NCBI RefSeq assembly: GCF_009914755.1
Contig: NC_060932.1
Reading direction: 5' to 3' (one strand)
DNA length: 64,000 bases
DNA from: the human T2T-CHM13v2.0 reference genome, Homo sapiens
Every line of letters begins with the position of its first letter. Position 1 is the first letter of the stretch. The notes beneath the pieces are model-generated. The model ran no database searches, was not told the DNA's origin, and saw nothing but the letters and a program-made list of their open reading frames with translations. Positions 12,746 to 28,660 of the stretch are shown here, piece by piece. Made by a program: the position numbers and the translations under genes.

Positions 12746-12995
12746 AAAAAGAAACCTGAAACAGGTCTTGAATGTTAGACTTTATAGTCAGTTTCCTCAG
12801 TAAAGGTTTTTAACATATAGAATATATATTTGATCATTGCTTTGGTCCTGCTTAACACTATATTTTACAGCAGTCAAAGTCTGCATGCCTGTTTGAGCAA
12901 ATTGGAGACCATTGGAAATTTGGATGGGAATGTAATTAGCTGAGTTGAACCTTGGCCAAAAGGCATTGTTTTCTAACTGGAAGGTACTATTGGGT

Positions 12996-13460
12996 TTTTA
13001 AAACAGTTTTATTGAGGTGTAATTGATATATATAAAAATCTGCACATATTTAATGTATACAACTTGATGAGCTTGAACATGCACATATATCCATGAAACC
13101 GTTACCACAGAGTAATAAATATATCCATCACCTCCAAAAGTTTGCTTCTGCCTCTCTTTCCTTTTTTTTGTGATAAGAGCACCTGAGAGCTCCTTTTTGA
13201 CAATTTTTCTGTATACAATATAGTTTTGTTAACTATAGGCACTGCTGTACAACAGACCTCTCTTATTCATCTTGCAGAATTGAAACTTTATACCATTTGA
13301 ACAACAACTCCCCATTTATCCCTCCTTCCAGCCCCTGGTAACCAGAATTCTACTCTCTGCTTCTAGGAATTTGATGGTATTTGTCCTCGTGCTGGTGGAA
13401 TCATGCGATATTTGTCCTTTGATGACTGGCTTATTTCACTTACCATAATGTGCCAGTTCC
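12996..13460 (-). mobile_element. L1MA/L1MB 3' end
   Basis: cagttttattgaggtgtaattgatata...ttaactataggcac...cccctggtaaccagaattctactctctgc. Confidence 0.85.
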
Positions 13461-13959
13461 TAGGAATAGGGTTTTCTGTCCCTTGCATAAGATAGGAATC
13501 ATACTTTTCAACAAGCTCCCCTTTCCTGTTGGACAAGTGGTACAGTATTGACACATGGTTTAGAATGCAACCTCCTGAGTGAACAACACTATTCCTTGCC
13601 ATGCCTGAAATTTCTTTTTATTTCTTTGCCTTCCATCCAAGTATTGATCGAGGCAGGGTTCTGTGTAGCTTACAACGTGTTAGGTGTTGTCAGACTATCA
13701 TGTTAGGCCTGCCGCTGTAATGGGCTGACTGTCTTTATGGAGGTGGAGAGCAGAAGGGCAAGCTGGTGGATTAAGGAACAGAGGCACTTGCCTTAAGGGA
13801 CCCAGAGGCTTAGCTTAAAATTGGTGCCCCTGGAACCTCCATCTTATTGACAAAGCAAGTAGCTGTCATTGTACATTACAAGGCCCTGTCTTTTAGACAA
13901 GCAGCCTCTGTTTTCTTTTATGCGATGGGCTATTTTTGGATGTGTTCTTGACCATTATC

Positions 13960-14378
<419 letters not shown>

Positions 14379-14424
14379 TAAAAATACTGCCTGTTAGTAA
14401 TTTTAAATAATATTTTAGATGGAC

Positions 14425-14640
14425 TGATGTGTAGTAAAAAGAAAAAATTGTTCTGAGTCAGTACAGTTCAAATCTTGGTCCTGCCAGTTAAAAGTACTGG
14501 ACCTTGGGGAAATCATGCAAGCTGCTTCTGGGTTTTGGCCCCCTCCTCTGTTAATAGGCTAATAATTTTACCTATCCTGTGGGATTGATCTGAGGATTCA
14601 ATGGGGCAATGTTTGCCAAAGTGCTTTTGTAAAGTTAAAA
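14425..14640 (+). mobile_element. MIR SINE
   Basis: ctgagtcag...ttcaaatcttggtcctgcca...gaccttggggaaatca...tgaggattcaatggggcaatg. Confidence 0.7.
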
Positions 14641-14879
14641 GGGCTGTCATAGTCATTTGTTGCATGTGGACCTGTTTAATGTCCCCAGTGAGACTGAAGG
14701 CTCCCTGTTTTTGCAGATCCTCAGGATGTGTGAGGACACTCAGTTCAGATTTGTTGATTTTTGGGGTTGTTTTGAGGGCCTTTTGGTTGTTGGGAGACAA
14801 GAGGTGTTCAAGGCACCTTTTTCTGACTCACTTCTAAGGAGACTGGGACATGGCATGGGTCAAGTGTATCTGCGTGGGC

Positions 14880-15060
14880 CATTCATTCATTCACCTATTT
14901 AATAACTATTAACTGAGTGTTGTTTGGGTCTAGGTGCTTGGGAAAAAGTGGTTCATTTTACTATACTGGCAAATGCTCCACTTCCAGGAGCTGACATTCC
15001 AGTGGAGGAAGACGATCCAAATAATCAATGAAATAAAGAAATACAAAATTTCAGAGAATT
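14880..15060 (-). mobile_element. L2 3'-end fragment
   Basis: cattcattcattca tail, followed by ccaggagctgacattccagtggagg. Confidence 0.65.
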
Positions 15061-15436
15061 TTAGTTCCACTGCACAAAATAAAGCAAGATAAAAAGGTAA
15101 AAAGTGGGGGTGAAGAAATTATTTTTTCCCCATTTTATATGGATAAATTTCAAATCTACAGAAAAAAATAATATGCAATGAATATGCATTTTCTCATCAC
15201 CCAAATCCATCAGTATTAACATAATGCCACACTTGCTTTCTTTTTCCCCTCTATGTGTGCATGTCTTTATGTACTTCTTTGTGTACATGTGTGGGTTTTT
15301 GTTGTTGTACCATTTAGAATAAGTTATAAATATCATGGAATTTTATCTCTAAATAGTTCAGCAAATATTTCCAAAGAACAGGATCTTTACCTGTGTAACC
15401 ACAATGCCATATGACTTTCAAAAAATTTAGCAGTAA

Positions 15437-17232
<1,796 letters not shown>

Positions 17233-17637
17233 CCACTATTGTAGTATATAACAATAGTATTTAACATGGAATGAAATTCCAATTTTCCTCAGTTTTCCCG
17301 TAAATGTCCTTCATAGCTGTTTTTGTTACTGTCTGTTTGTGTGGGAAAGTGGTCATTTGGGTGATGAAAAAGTTTCTCTACAGATGTGGCATTTGAGAAA
17401 AGACCAGAGTGTTGAGAAAGAAACAGTTACGTGGTGATGCAGTGCATAAGCCTAGGCATGGAGAATAGTAAGGTCCCAAGATGGGAATGAGTGGATGCGT
17501 TTCGGGTATCACAAAATTGGGCATGAACAAAAGGGAGAGTGTTGGCCAGAGGAGAAGTTGGAGAGGCAGTTGGTAGCAGATGATGCAGAGCTTATGGAGC
17601 TGCTCATGAGTTGAGTTGAATTTTGTATTAAGTCTAA

Positions 17638-17958
<321 letters not shown>

Positions 17959-17986
17959 ACCAGTGAGGATTAACGCCTGGGAAGGA

Positions 17987-18160
17987 AGCTAGGCACGGTG
18001 GCTCATAGATGGGTGTAATCCCAGCATTTTGGGAGGCCGAGGCAGGAGGATTGCTCAATCCCAGGAGCTTGAAGCTGCAGTAAGGTATGATCACACCACT
18101 GCACTTCAGCCTGGCTGACAGAGTGAGATCCTGTTTTTAAAAACATAAAATAAAAAAAAA
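17987..18160 (+). mobile_element. Alu monomer with a left-arm-like 5' end and right-arm-like 3' end
   Basis: ggtggctca...gtaatcccagcattttgggaggccgagg, then gctgcagtaaggtatgatcacaccactgcac; A-rich tail. Confidence 0.88.
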
Positions 18161-18549
18161 CATAAAGGAGATGCCATTAGAAATTAAAAACTGAGAAGCA
18201 ATGTGGTCTGATTGATGTTTTGAATAGATCATTCTCTGTGCCATGTGGAGAACAAACTGAGTTGGGCAAGTGTGTGGTAGGAAGAGGCCCTTTCAGAATC
18301 CCAGGTGGCTGACACACATGCAGGTTTATCTGCTCCCATCTGGTCTAACCACACTGCCATACACTTCTCTTGAAACCTCGCAACCACTGTTCCTATGCTG
18401 AATTGAAACGTCCATAAATCTGAAAACCTGAAGCCATCATACGGTGGCCCAACCTGTCAAACAGCAGTTTAGTTTTGGCTATCCAGGTATATTTGGGTAA
18501 TTCCATGAGTACAGTATTTTCTTATGTTTTTCTTATTATTTTATAAGAA

Positions 18550-18850
18550 CAAATGGAAAATAAAACACTAAATGTTTGAGACTAGAGTTAACAAGCGTAA
18601 GCCCCATACATTTAGTGTAGTTAAAACCTAAATTGAGGTTATTAATCAGTTGAAAGTGGTAAATCTTATTTTAAGCCAAGCAACGTTTTGTTCAATTGCA
18701 AAGGAAAAGAAGCTTAAAGACCATAGACACACTTATGGAAATGCATGCAAGAAACATCTGAAAAAAGTGAGGGACACTTAGGAATTATATACTAAGTTTT
18801 GGCTCTTTTGGACAAAGTACTTCCTGCAAAGCATAAAAACCCATTGTATG
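18550..18850 (+). mobile_element. Degraded Tigger/pogo-like DNA transposon fragment
   Basis: Frameshifted translation KRK...*IEVINQ / VESGKS / LSQATFCSIAKEKKLKD resembles a CENP-B/Tigger N-terminal HTH. Confidence 0.45.
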
Positions 18851-18888
18851 ATTTTTCAAACACTAGGTTTTTTTTAAATTAAAAAAAA

Positions 18889-19538
<650 letters not shown>

Positions 19539-19573
19539 TTATCGGACGTGAAAGTAAAGAATTCTAAATAAGG

Positions 19574-19876
<303 letters not shown>

Positions 19877-20890
19877 CTAAACAAGGAAGTCTTCAGGGAT
19901 GCTTAATGTGGTTGGCCAGGTACGAGGGGTAGTATTTGGAATAGGAGATGCAGAGGAGTTAAGAAATTAAGAGCACTATCTTCTTTTAGAGCTCTCTTTT
20001 GGAAAACTTCCTTTTCTCTTTCCTCCTGGCCTCAGGTTTTCTCCCTTACCTTTTAAAGGTGAAGTCATTACTAGAGTCAGGCCCAGGTGAAAGAGGCCTA
20101 ATGCCAACCAAGCACTTAGGTCATATTCTGATTTAGGCCAGAAGAGGCAAAAGGGAGTGTTTGCGGTTTACTATCTGACTTATGCACATACGGGACTAGG
20201 CAGGATTTTTGGATCAAAACTGTGGGTACTTATAAAGCCTAGATTAATCTGGATTACCCTTCATACCATCAGATATTTGCAACAGCAAAAGGCCACGAGG
20301 CAGCATTCAGAGTCCAGACCAGCATCTACTATCACAGCTTAGCGTGGCCACTGAAGATGACAATTTAAATCGTGTGAAGGACTAAATTCAGAAACAACAC
20401 TCAGCATCAAAGTACATTTGTTTTGGAGGTTTAGCCCAGTTGCCGGCAGCCTAAAGCTGGTGCTCCCTCGGCCGGACTCAGTGCCCAGTAGACGGGGCTG
20501 AACTGTGGCTCCTGAGAGGAGGTCAGGGGGCTGAAATGACACCTGCACAGGGCTAGCCAGCTTTGTAAGCCTGCTGTGTTCTGAATCCTTTATCTTTTCT
20601 CCTAGGATCAGCTGGAGAACTAGAATATCTATCCGTGTCTCATTCACTGTGGCCAGGCGAGATGAGAGGCTGACCAGAAACTGTGATTACTCACATTTGC
20701 TTCTGTGGCACTTAAGGAATATGGGTTTGACAAACGATAGATGAGAGCCAAAGGTTTGGGATTATAGAAATTTATGTGCCAAAAATATGTAATACAAATA
20801 TCCATGTACACACCACGACCCTTCCCTTCTATCTCATTCCTGCCCCCAACCCGCTGACCCTGGGTCATTTCCTAACTATCTTGCAGTTAG

Positions 20891-21418
<528 letters not shown>

Positions 21419-21455
21419 TAATGGTTCAGTGTGCTAAGCTATTAAAACATTTTAA

Positions 21456-21602
21456 ATTTTGTATTAAATTTTTTTTTTTGTTTTAGAGATGGGGGTCTTG
21501 CTATGTTGCCCAGGCTGGACTTGAACAACCTTGATCAAGAAATTCTCCTGCTTCAGCCTCTGGAGTAGCTGGGACTACAGGTGCATACCACCACGTTCAG
21601 TT
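21456..21602 (-). mobile_element. FLAM (free left Alu monomer)
   Basis: tagagatgggggtcttgctatgttgcccaggctgg...gagtagctgggactacaggtg; single monomer. Confidence 0.85.
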
Positions 21603-21659
21603 AAACTATTGAAATTTTAAGTTTTATTTCTGGTTACCATAGCACAATCTAACCTCTTA

Positions 21660-22300
21660 TGACTAATGTTGGATTCACAATAACATCTTGGCTCTGCCAC
21701 TTGCTATTTTGGGCCTCTATTTTCTCATCTATAAAGTGGAGGTCACAATACTCACTGTAAGGACTGTCAAATTTTTGTCTGCCTTGCATCCATTCCTTCT
21801 GAACGCTGCTGCCACCTCAAAATTCCATGAGATCCTTTTGCCGTCAATCTGGGGATCCACTTTCCCCACAACAGGGCAGCCAATTAGAGAGCCACATCTT
21901 CTTGGACACACTGATTGGGCCAAGGTGTAGCATGTGACCCCAAAATGGGCAATCAGGGTCCATTTTCAGGACAGGTGGATGTCATGAGAGAGGGTCTCTT
22001 TCTGCATAAGGCTGGGACTGTGAGATGTCATCTTTGCTATTCATGGAAGAAAGCACCACTTGTGGATACTAAGAGACTGAGCTAAACAGCCCATCCAGCC
22101 CTGGTTTTTCTCTATTACATCATCCAATAAATCTTTCTCTTTCTGTCTCTCTGCTTAAGGTAGTTTGAGTTGGGCTTTAGTCACTAGCAGCCGAAAGAGT
22201 CCTGACCAATGCCCCTGCCTGGGAGTTATTAGAAGGATTAAATAAAACAGTGCATTAAAGTACCTGCCAAATTGCAAATGCTCTAAACGTAATTGCTATT
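21660..22300 (+). mobile_element. MIR split (21660-21756 and 22213-22300) by an MLT1 LTR
   Basis: cttggctctgccacttgct...tttctcatctataaagtggagg; resumes ...gaaggattaaataaaacagtgc. Confidence 0.65.
21757..22212 (+). mobile_element. MLT1 (J/K/L-like) MaLR LTR
   Basis: tgattgggccaaggtgtagcatgtgacc; ccaataaat; 3' end gcttaaggtagtttgagttggg...gaaagagtcctgaccaat. Confidence 0.75.
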
Positions 22301-23504
22301 CTAGCTGAGGTTGGTTGCTAGAGGGCTTTAGTCATGAGCACAGTATTTTGCTTATTCCTTATTCTCAGTCCTTTAGGTAACCTTAAGATTTGATGAGCTC
22401 ATAAACTGAGACCACATTATTTTGGACCCCACAGAATTTTTTTTTCCACTTGGCCGCAGTAGTCTCTGTCATTTGCTGCCTCGGAGGGGCATCATAAGAA
22501 ACAGATATTTGAAAACCTTTATTGCATATGCTGCAGGGAAAGTGTCTACTGCTTCACTTGGGGTTCCACCTATAAAGAGACATTAAGAAATTTTTCTCAG
22601 ACTTACATGGAAAGGAAAACTTGACATCTCCTAAGGTGATACATCTACAACTTTTTCACCCCCATCATCAGAGAAGACTGAGCTTATATTCTTAGGTATT
22701 GAAGGCATAGCCCTCAGCACAGTTCTTAAACATTCACATGATTTTTGCATTATTCTCCATTATACATTCATGTTTATTTTTATGGATGTTGTAAATCCTG
22801 TATCAAATCACTATGATGGCCTGTAAGGTTGGCATGAAATTTATGGCTTCTTTTTTAATAAAGATGACCAAAGTGTATAGGCTATGCCTACATCCTTGTC
22901 TTGATCTTCTAATGGTGCTACATTTTCTCTGGTCCTGAATTTTGCTTATTTATAGCTTTATATTTTATAGTATATTTTCTTATGAATTGCCACGACTACT
23001 TCGTGGAAATAAATGAGTTATGAATAAATAAAAGCTCTTGAATAAACATAAAAAAAACTTGACGAGCCTGAAATTATACCATGTGAGTGCACTGGGTATT
23101 TACTTGGTTTCCTACTAAAGCCATCTCACCCCAGTATAAGTCAAATTGAGTAACACATTGAACAAAAAAGGGTGTTTAAAATTTTGAGAGCGACAGCACA
23201 AAAAGACATATCATACATTAATACCAATTTTGGAAGACAGATGTTGGAACGGTGTTTGAAAGAACAGGTGTATTTGCTTCCTTTTCACCAAAGGGAATAG
23301 GGAAAATATTTTTGTTAACAGAAATGTTCATTATATCTTCAACTTCACACATGGGGACAGAAATTATGCAATAGCAATATCTTTACTATAAACACCCAAT
23401 ATCGAATTAGCTAGTTTTTCGGATACTCTTAGAAGCATCAAAGAATACAAAAATGCAGAATGAGGACTCCAAATCAAATGCCTGCTCACTTACCTACATC
23501 CTTT

Positions 23505-23605
23505 CCTGGGCAGTATTCTCCATGAAGACTGGACTTTGTACAATCTCCTGTTGTATTCCCAGGGCCTCACAAGGGAGGCACCCAATAAGTACTTGTAGAA
23601 TAAAT
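23505..23605 (+). mobile_element. L2 3' end
   Basis: ctccatgaagactggactttgt...ctgttgtattcccagggcct...ggcacccaataagtacttgtagaataaat. Confidence 0.65.
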
Positions 23606-23732
23606 CATGACCACCTCCCCTTTTCCTGTGGGAGGAACTTTGCTGCAACTTGAAGGCCAAGTCATTGCTGGCTACATTTCTTCTTCTATCATATCTTCTT
23701 CACCAACTGAATTCTGTGCAATTCTTTAAAGT

Positions 23733-23887
23733 AGGAGTTCTTAAGATGAGATGGGTTCAGAAATTTCTTGAATCCACTGAAAAGGTATGCCAAGGTTTGT
23801 GCATTGGGTACATTTTTTGAAAAGAGCATGCATAGCTTTCATCAGTGTTTTCAAAGTACCTGTGATCCTGAAGAGTTTAAGGACCAG
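23733..23887. mobile_element. hAT-Charlie non-autonomous DNA transposon
   Basis: Degenerate TIRs ggagttcttaa...tttaaggaccag; internal catagctttcatcagtgttttcaaag. Confidence 0.6.
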
Positions 23888-23994
23888 TTAGGCAAGGGAT
23901 TCATTGTCTAGCATAGTGCTTTGTGTATAGTGGGTGCTCAATACATGGATATACAGTTTAATGGTTGAGATTTTTATGTTTCCCAGTCAGAAAT

Positions 23995-24485
23995 AACTGG
24001 GTTAGCTCTGTGATATGGCCTAATAATTGAATCCCTTTAAGCCTTAATTTCTTTATGTGTGAAATGGGAACTATAATATCTTACTATTATTATTATTTTT
24101 AATTTTAGTAGCTTTAGGGGTACAAGTGGTTTTTGGCTACCTGGATAAATTGTATTGTGGGGAAGTCTGGAATTTTAGTGTACTCATCACCCAAGTAGTG
24201 TACATTGTACCCAGTAGGGAGTTTTTCATCCCTCACCCCTCTCCCACCCTCCCGCCTTCTGAATCTCAAGTGTCCATTATACCACTCTGTATGCCTTTGC
24301 ATACCCATAGCTTAGCTCTCACTTGTGAAAACATGCGATATTTGTTTTTCAACTTCTGAATTACTTCACTTAGAATAATGGCCTCCAGGGAAATGATAAT
24401 ATCCAACAGAATATTGTTAGAATTAAATGAGGTGATGTAAAGAATATTTGACCCATAGTAAGCACTCAATTAATGGAGCTACTGT
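23995..24485 (+). mobile_element. MIR split by an L1PB insertion
   Basis: aagccttaatttctttatgtgtgaaatgggaa; resumes ...gaattaaatgaggtgatg...catagtaagcactcaat. Confidence 0.7.
24082..24387 (-). mobile_element. L1PB-like 3' end
   Basis: tagctttaggggtacaagtggtttttggctac...cacttagaataatggcctccag; TSD-like gggaactataatatc / gggaaatgataatatc. Confidence 0.9.
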
Positions 24486-24895
24486 CTTTGTTAGAGGAAA
24501 TTAAATCATATTTCAGAGACCAATATCACATACTCACCAGGACTGATTCTCATTATAGCAACCTTTGTTTTTCAAAATGAAATAAAAAAAAATATATAAA
24601 ACCGTTAAAAAAGGATTTTATTTTCACAGAGCAGCATCATTTAATGATTTGGCAATGTAATAGAAATGAATACAAGAGGAAAACAAAGGCAGGGATGTAT
24701 CTGTCATGTCCAGGGTCAGAGATGAAGTAAACCTGACCAAACGGGAATTAGGTCTTTGAAACTCTCCCAGTCTCTTCCCTCTTCCTTCCTGCCTCCACCT
24801 CCATCACTGTGTGTATGTACCACATGTGCACACAAACACAAAAACACACTCCCAGAAATGTCATTATTTAAGAGTTAGGCAGAAGATCTTTCTGA

Positions 24896-25209
<314 letters not shown>

Positions 25210-25631
25210 CCCTCTTTAAAATATAGTTTTGAATTCACCCTCTCTCTAATTCCCCTAATTTAATTTTTGAATAGAGTGTCATCAAAGGGAGTGTCAAGTT
25301 TGATACCATTTGTTCTTTTTTTTTTTTTGAAATCTTTGAAAGACTTCTTTTTTCCTGATTCCATTGTATCCAAGAATAATCTTTAAAGATTTTTGGCTTA
25401 ACCAATAAAAAAATCAATACCTGTTTGCGTTGATGAAGTTACCAACTGTGGACCTATGTGCTTGTATCATTGCTCTAATTGTGGTCCGAATTTTTGTTTT
25501 CTTTGAAAAACTGCTTCTATAACACCTGGGAGACAAAAATATTTGTAAAATGAAAACATACCCTTTAGAATTAAGAAGGAAAGTGAACTATGGTGTATTA
25601 GAAGCTTCTAGATTTTCTAATTATGCACTTA

Positions 25632-25966
25632 TTTTATTTTAAATAAATTTAATTTTTTATTTCAAAAGCTTTTGGGGTTCAGGTGGTTTTCGATTACATG
25701 AATAAGTTATTTAGTGGTGATTTCTTGGATTCTTGTGCACCCATCAACTGAGCAGTGTAAACTGTACCCAATATGTAGTCTTTTATCCTTCACCCCCTTC
25801 TCCCTTCCCACTGAGAGTCCCCAAAGTCCATTATATATTCTTATGGCTTTGCATCCTCATAGCTTAGCTCCCACTTATAAGTGAGAACATATGATATTTG
25901 GTTTTCCATTCCTGAGTTACTTCACTCAGAATAATGGCCTCCAGCTCCATCCAAGTTGCTGCAAAA
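25632..25966 (-). mobile_element. L1PB1-like 3' end
   Basis: gcttttggggttcaggtggttttcgattacatgaataagtt...ccaagttgctgcaaa; 14-bp TSD taattatg(ca/tg)ctta at 25618-25631 and 25967-25980. Confidence 0.92.
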
Positions 25967-26393
25967 TAATTATGTGCTTACTTTAAAAGCAAAGCTGAGG
26001 ATAAGTTTGTACAAAATTAGAACTGAACTGAAGTAGTGTGCTACAAAGGGATTACAGGAGTCCATCTATTCCAAACCCCTAATATTCCAGAAGAGAATGT
26101 TAAAATATAGAGAGATATGAGCCTTGTCCAAGGTTATGCAACTGTTCCCCCTTCTCCATCCATGGCTGGTGAAAGGGCTGGGATGTGATAGGCTAACGGG
26201 GTTGAACATGTAGTAGCTGTTTTGTAATTATTTTCATTAATAGAAAGTGGCAGGTTTGTTTTTAGCCCACTTTTTATACCCCAGGTTTCCATCTCCCTCT
26301 CAGGGGGTCCATCTGTGGCACCACTTCTTTCCTGAGGGTCTGCACACTTGCCTGCTTGAAAGAACATTGCCATGAAGCACTGGTTGGTCTAGA

Positions 26394-26630
26394 ACAGTAT
26401 TTCCAAAAGTGTTTGTTCTATGGGCTGTAAATTGGTATTCTCTGGGGGAAAACAGTTGATGCTTGAATGAATTTTGAAAGTGCTACATTGAACAAATGTG
26501 TATGATTATTTCTTGCAAGACTTCTCAGAGCCTTTAATGTGCTAATAGGCATCCCAAGTCTCTAGGACAAGGGTAAAGTACATATATCATATTTTCAGAG
26601 CTGACTTGATTATGGAATATTCTTGCATCT
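26394..26630. mobile_element. MER103-like hAT-Charlie element
   Basis: cagtatttccaaaagtgt...gcaagacttctcagagcctttaatgtgctaat. Confidence 0.65.
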
Positions 26631-26739
26631 CTCCCCAACCCCAACATCTGGGAATAAATGGGTATTAAGTTATCCTTCCAGAGATATTTTCATTTTAATA
26701 TAGGCTACTTAAGAAGAAGTTATTAGTTGAGCTGCTTAT

Positions 26740-26880
26740 TTCTCTTAGTGTGTAAGGTCTCTAAAGTCAGGAAAAATATCATTCATTTCTGAATCAACAA
26801 TACTTAGACCAGTAAGGTGAACAGTTCTTGGCACACAGGACAAATGGCACAAGATCCACCTATGTTTGTTAAAACATGAA
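26740..26880 (+). mobile_element. L2 3' end
   Basis: tagtgtgtaaggtctctaaagtcaggaa...ttcatttctgaatc...tggcacacagg. Confidence 0.5.
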
Positions 26881-28299
26881 AAGATTTCAAGCCCCACAAG
26901 GCTTACTTACTGGAACTAGAATTTAAACCATCAATGGCAATCAAATTAACCTTCTGTTACCCTCCATTTTTTTTTTTTTTTGAGTCATCAATTTCACAGC
27001 CCTGGGGCAAGAATTACTAAGAAAAATTGATAAAGAAAATCATTAAGAAAAATATAGTATTATCATATCCCTTTTTCTTCTTTTCTCACTAAAGAAAAAT
27101 TCAATGTTTACTAGTTTTGTTTTAATGATTTTGAAAGGGAGAATCATGACAAGGATAGAAAAGCTGAGCTGGAGAGGCAGAAGTGGGAAAGTTATATGGA
27201 AAAGGGTTGAGATTTAGAAGGTTCTTCCTGAGAGAGAGAGAAGAGTTAAAACGGAAGGAAGCAGCTGCCTTTGGGTGGAGGATAATGAGGGTAGCATAGA
27301 TGGGAAGTAGGATTTTAAGATATTTTCTGTGTAACTCATACCCACATCTCCACCCACACACTCGGTTTTGGAAGTATCATGAAGGACAAAGTAAAATCTT
27401 GCAATGCTTTCGTATGCATTCTTATTCCCCTCTTGAACTTTCCTGCAGACACTGGGCCATGGGAACCTAATAATATTTGGGTTACACTACTAAAAGGAGA
27501 GATATATGATGGAAAAATAGAACCCTGTCAACTTTTCAACTTCTCGTGAGAAAGGGAACATCATCAACTTGTGAAACAACTATATACAATTCTCATGATC
27601 TAGTCCCACTTTGTATTTCCCCAGTGCTACACAAAAATGTGATTGCAGTTGTCTTTCTTAAAGCTTGTTTTTAGTTAATTTTTCAATATTTGCACAATGT
27701 CTGTGAAAAATAAGGGAAAGCTATTTTACAGTGTACATACATCTATATGCCTTATAAATAGAAACTGGAGAAAGTATTAACAATTCTAATGATTTCATCA
27801 TTAACAGAAAAAAATCTCCTCAACCAGCGCCAGCTCTTGGCAAAAAAGATCAATAGGAAACTAAAATGCATTTAAGGATTTCTCTAGCACAAGATAACCA
27901 GCACTGCACTTCACGTTTGCTAGGTCTCACAAAAGAGATTTTATAAGATTCTGAATAATCTTAGGTTGAAAAATTATTTTGGTGGTCTCAACTGAACTTC
28001 TCACAGACATCACTGTCTTTGATCAAAATATAGCTACAATGTTTACCCCAGGCATCATGAGTTACCCAAATGCTGAGATGACAGGAAGGCTTTTCTTTGT
28101 ATTGGCAAAGTGATATATAGGAGAATCTGCCTACTCCTTGTTTGGGGAGAACATGTTAACTAAAGCTTTCACGTACCTCAGAAAACACATCTGGTGTAGT
28201 CTTTATTACTATGAGTTGATTTGTTTAATGAAGTGTTTGCAGAGGTTGCTAGGCTCAGTAGGCAGAAGGAATATAAGCCAGAAAAAACATGGCACCAAG

Positions 28300-28420
28300 T
28301 TTAATTCAGTTCACCTAACATTTGTTGAGCAACTATGATGTTGAGCAACTATGATGTTGAGCAATTATAATGTGCCAAGAGATGGGGATACAAAGACAGA
28401 TAACTGCTCTACCCTAAAAA
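28300..28420 (-). mobile_element. L2 3' end containing three copies of a 16-bp tandem unit
   Basis: aacatttgttgagcaactatga...tgtgccaagagatggggatacaaagac. Confidence 0.65.
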
Positions 28421-28660
28421 GAAGGAAGGAGAAGGGTAAATGGGTTGGAAGAGAGAGAGAGAGAGAGAGAGGAAGAGAGAGAAAGAGAGAGATGGGAGAG
28501 AAAAAGGGAGGGCAAAGGAGATGAGATAGAGGAAGAGAAAGGCACGTGCAGAAAGGTTTTAAGACAAGCCTACAAAAGAGAGAGGTAAGTTAAAGGCAGA
28601 GGACTAACAAAGGAAGAAAATCATAAGAGAAAGAGACAGGAAGAGAAGAAATAGTTAGAA
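28420..28660 (+). repeat. (GA)n and GA-rich low-complexity tract
   Basis: Direct reading. Confidence 0.85.

Noticed and set aside
23488-23497. Strong minus-strand donor TAG|GTAAGT (another near 59300)
   Set aside because: No matching acceptor found; it shows that consensus donors occur on both strands, which also tempers the + strand exon candidates
28323-28370. Short direct repeats considered as CRISPR-like
   Set aside because: Head-to-tail units without spacers in primate DNA; a simple tandem duplication
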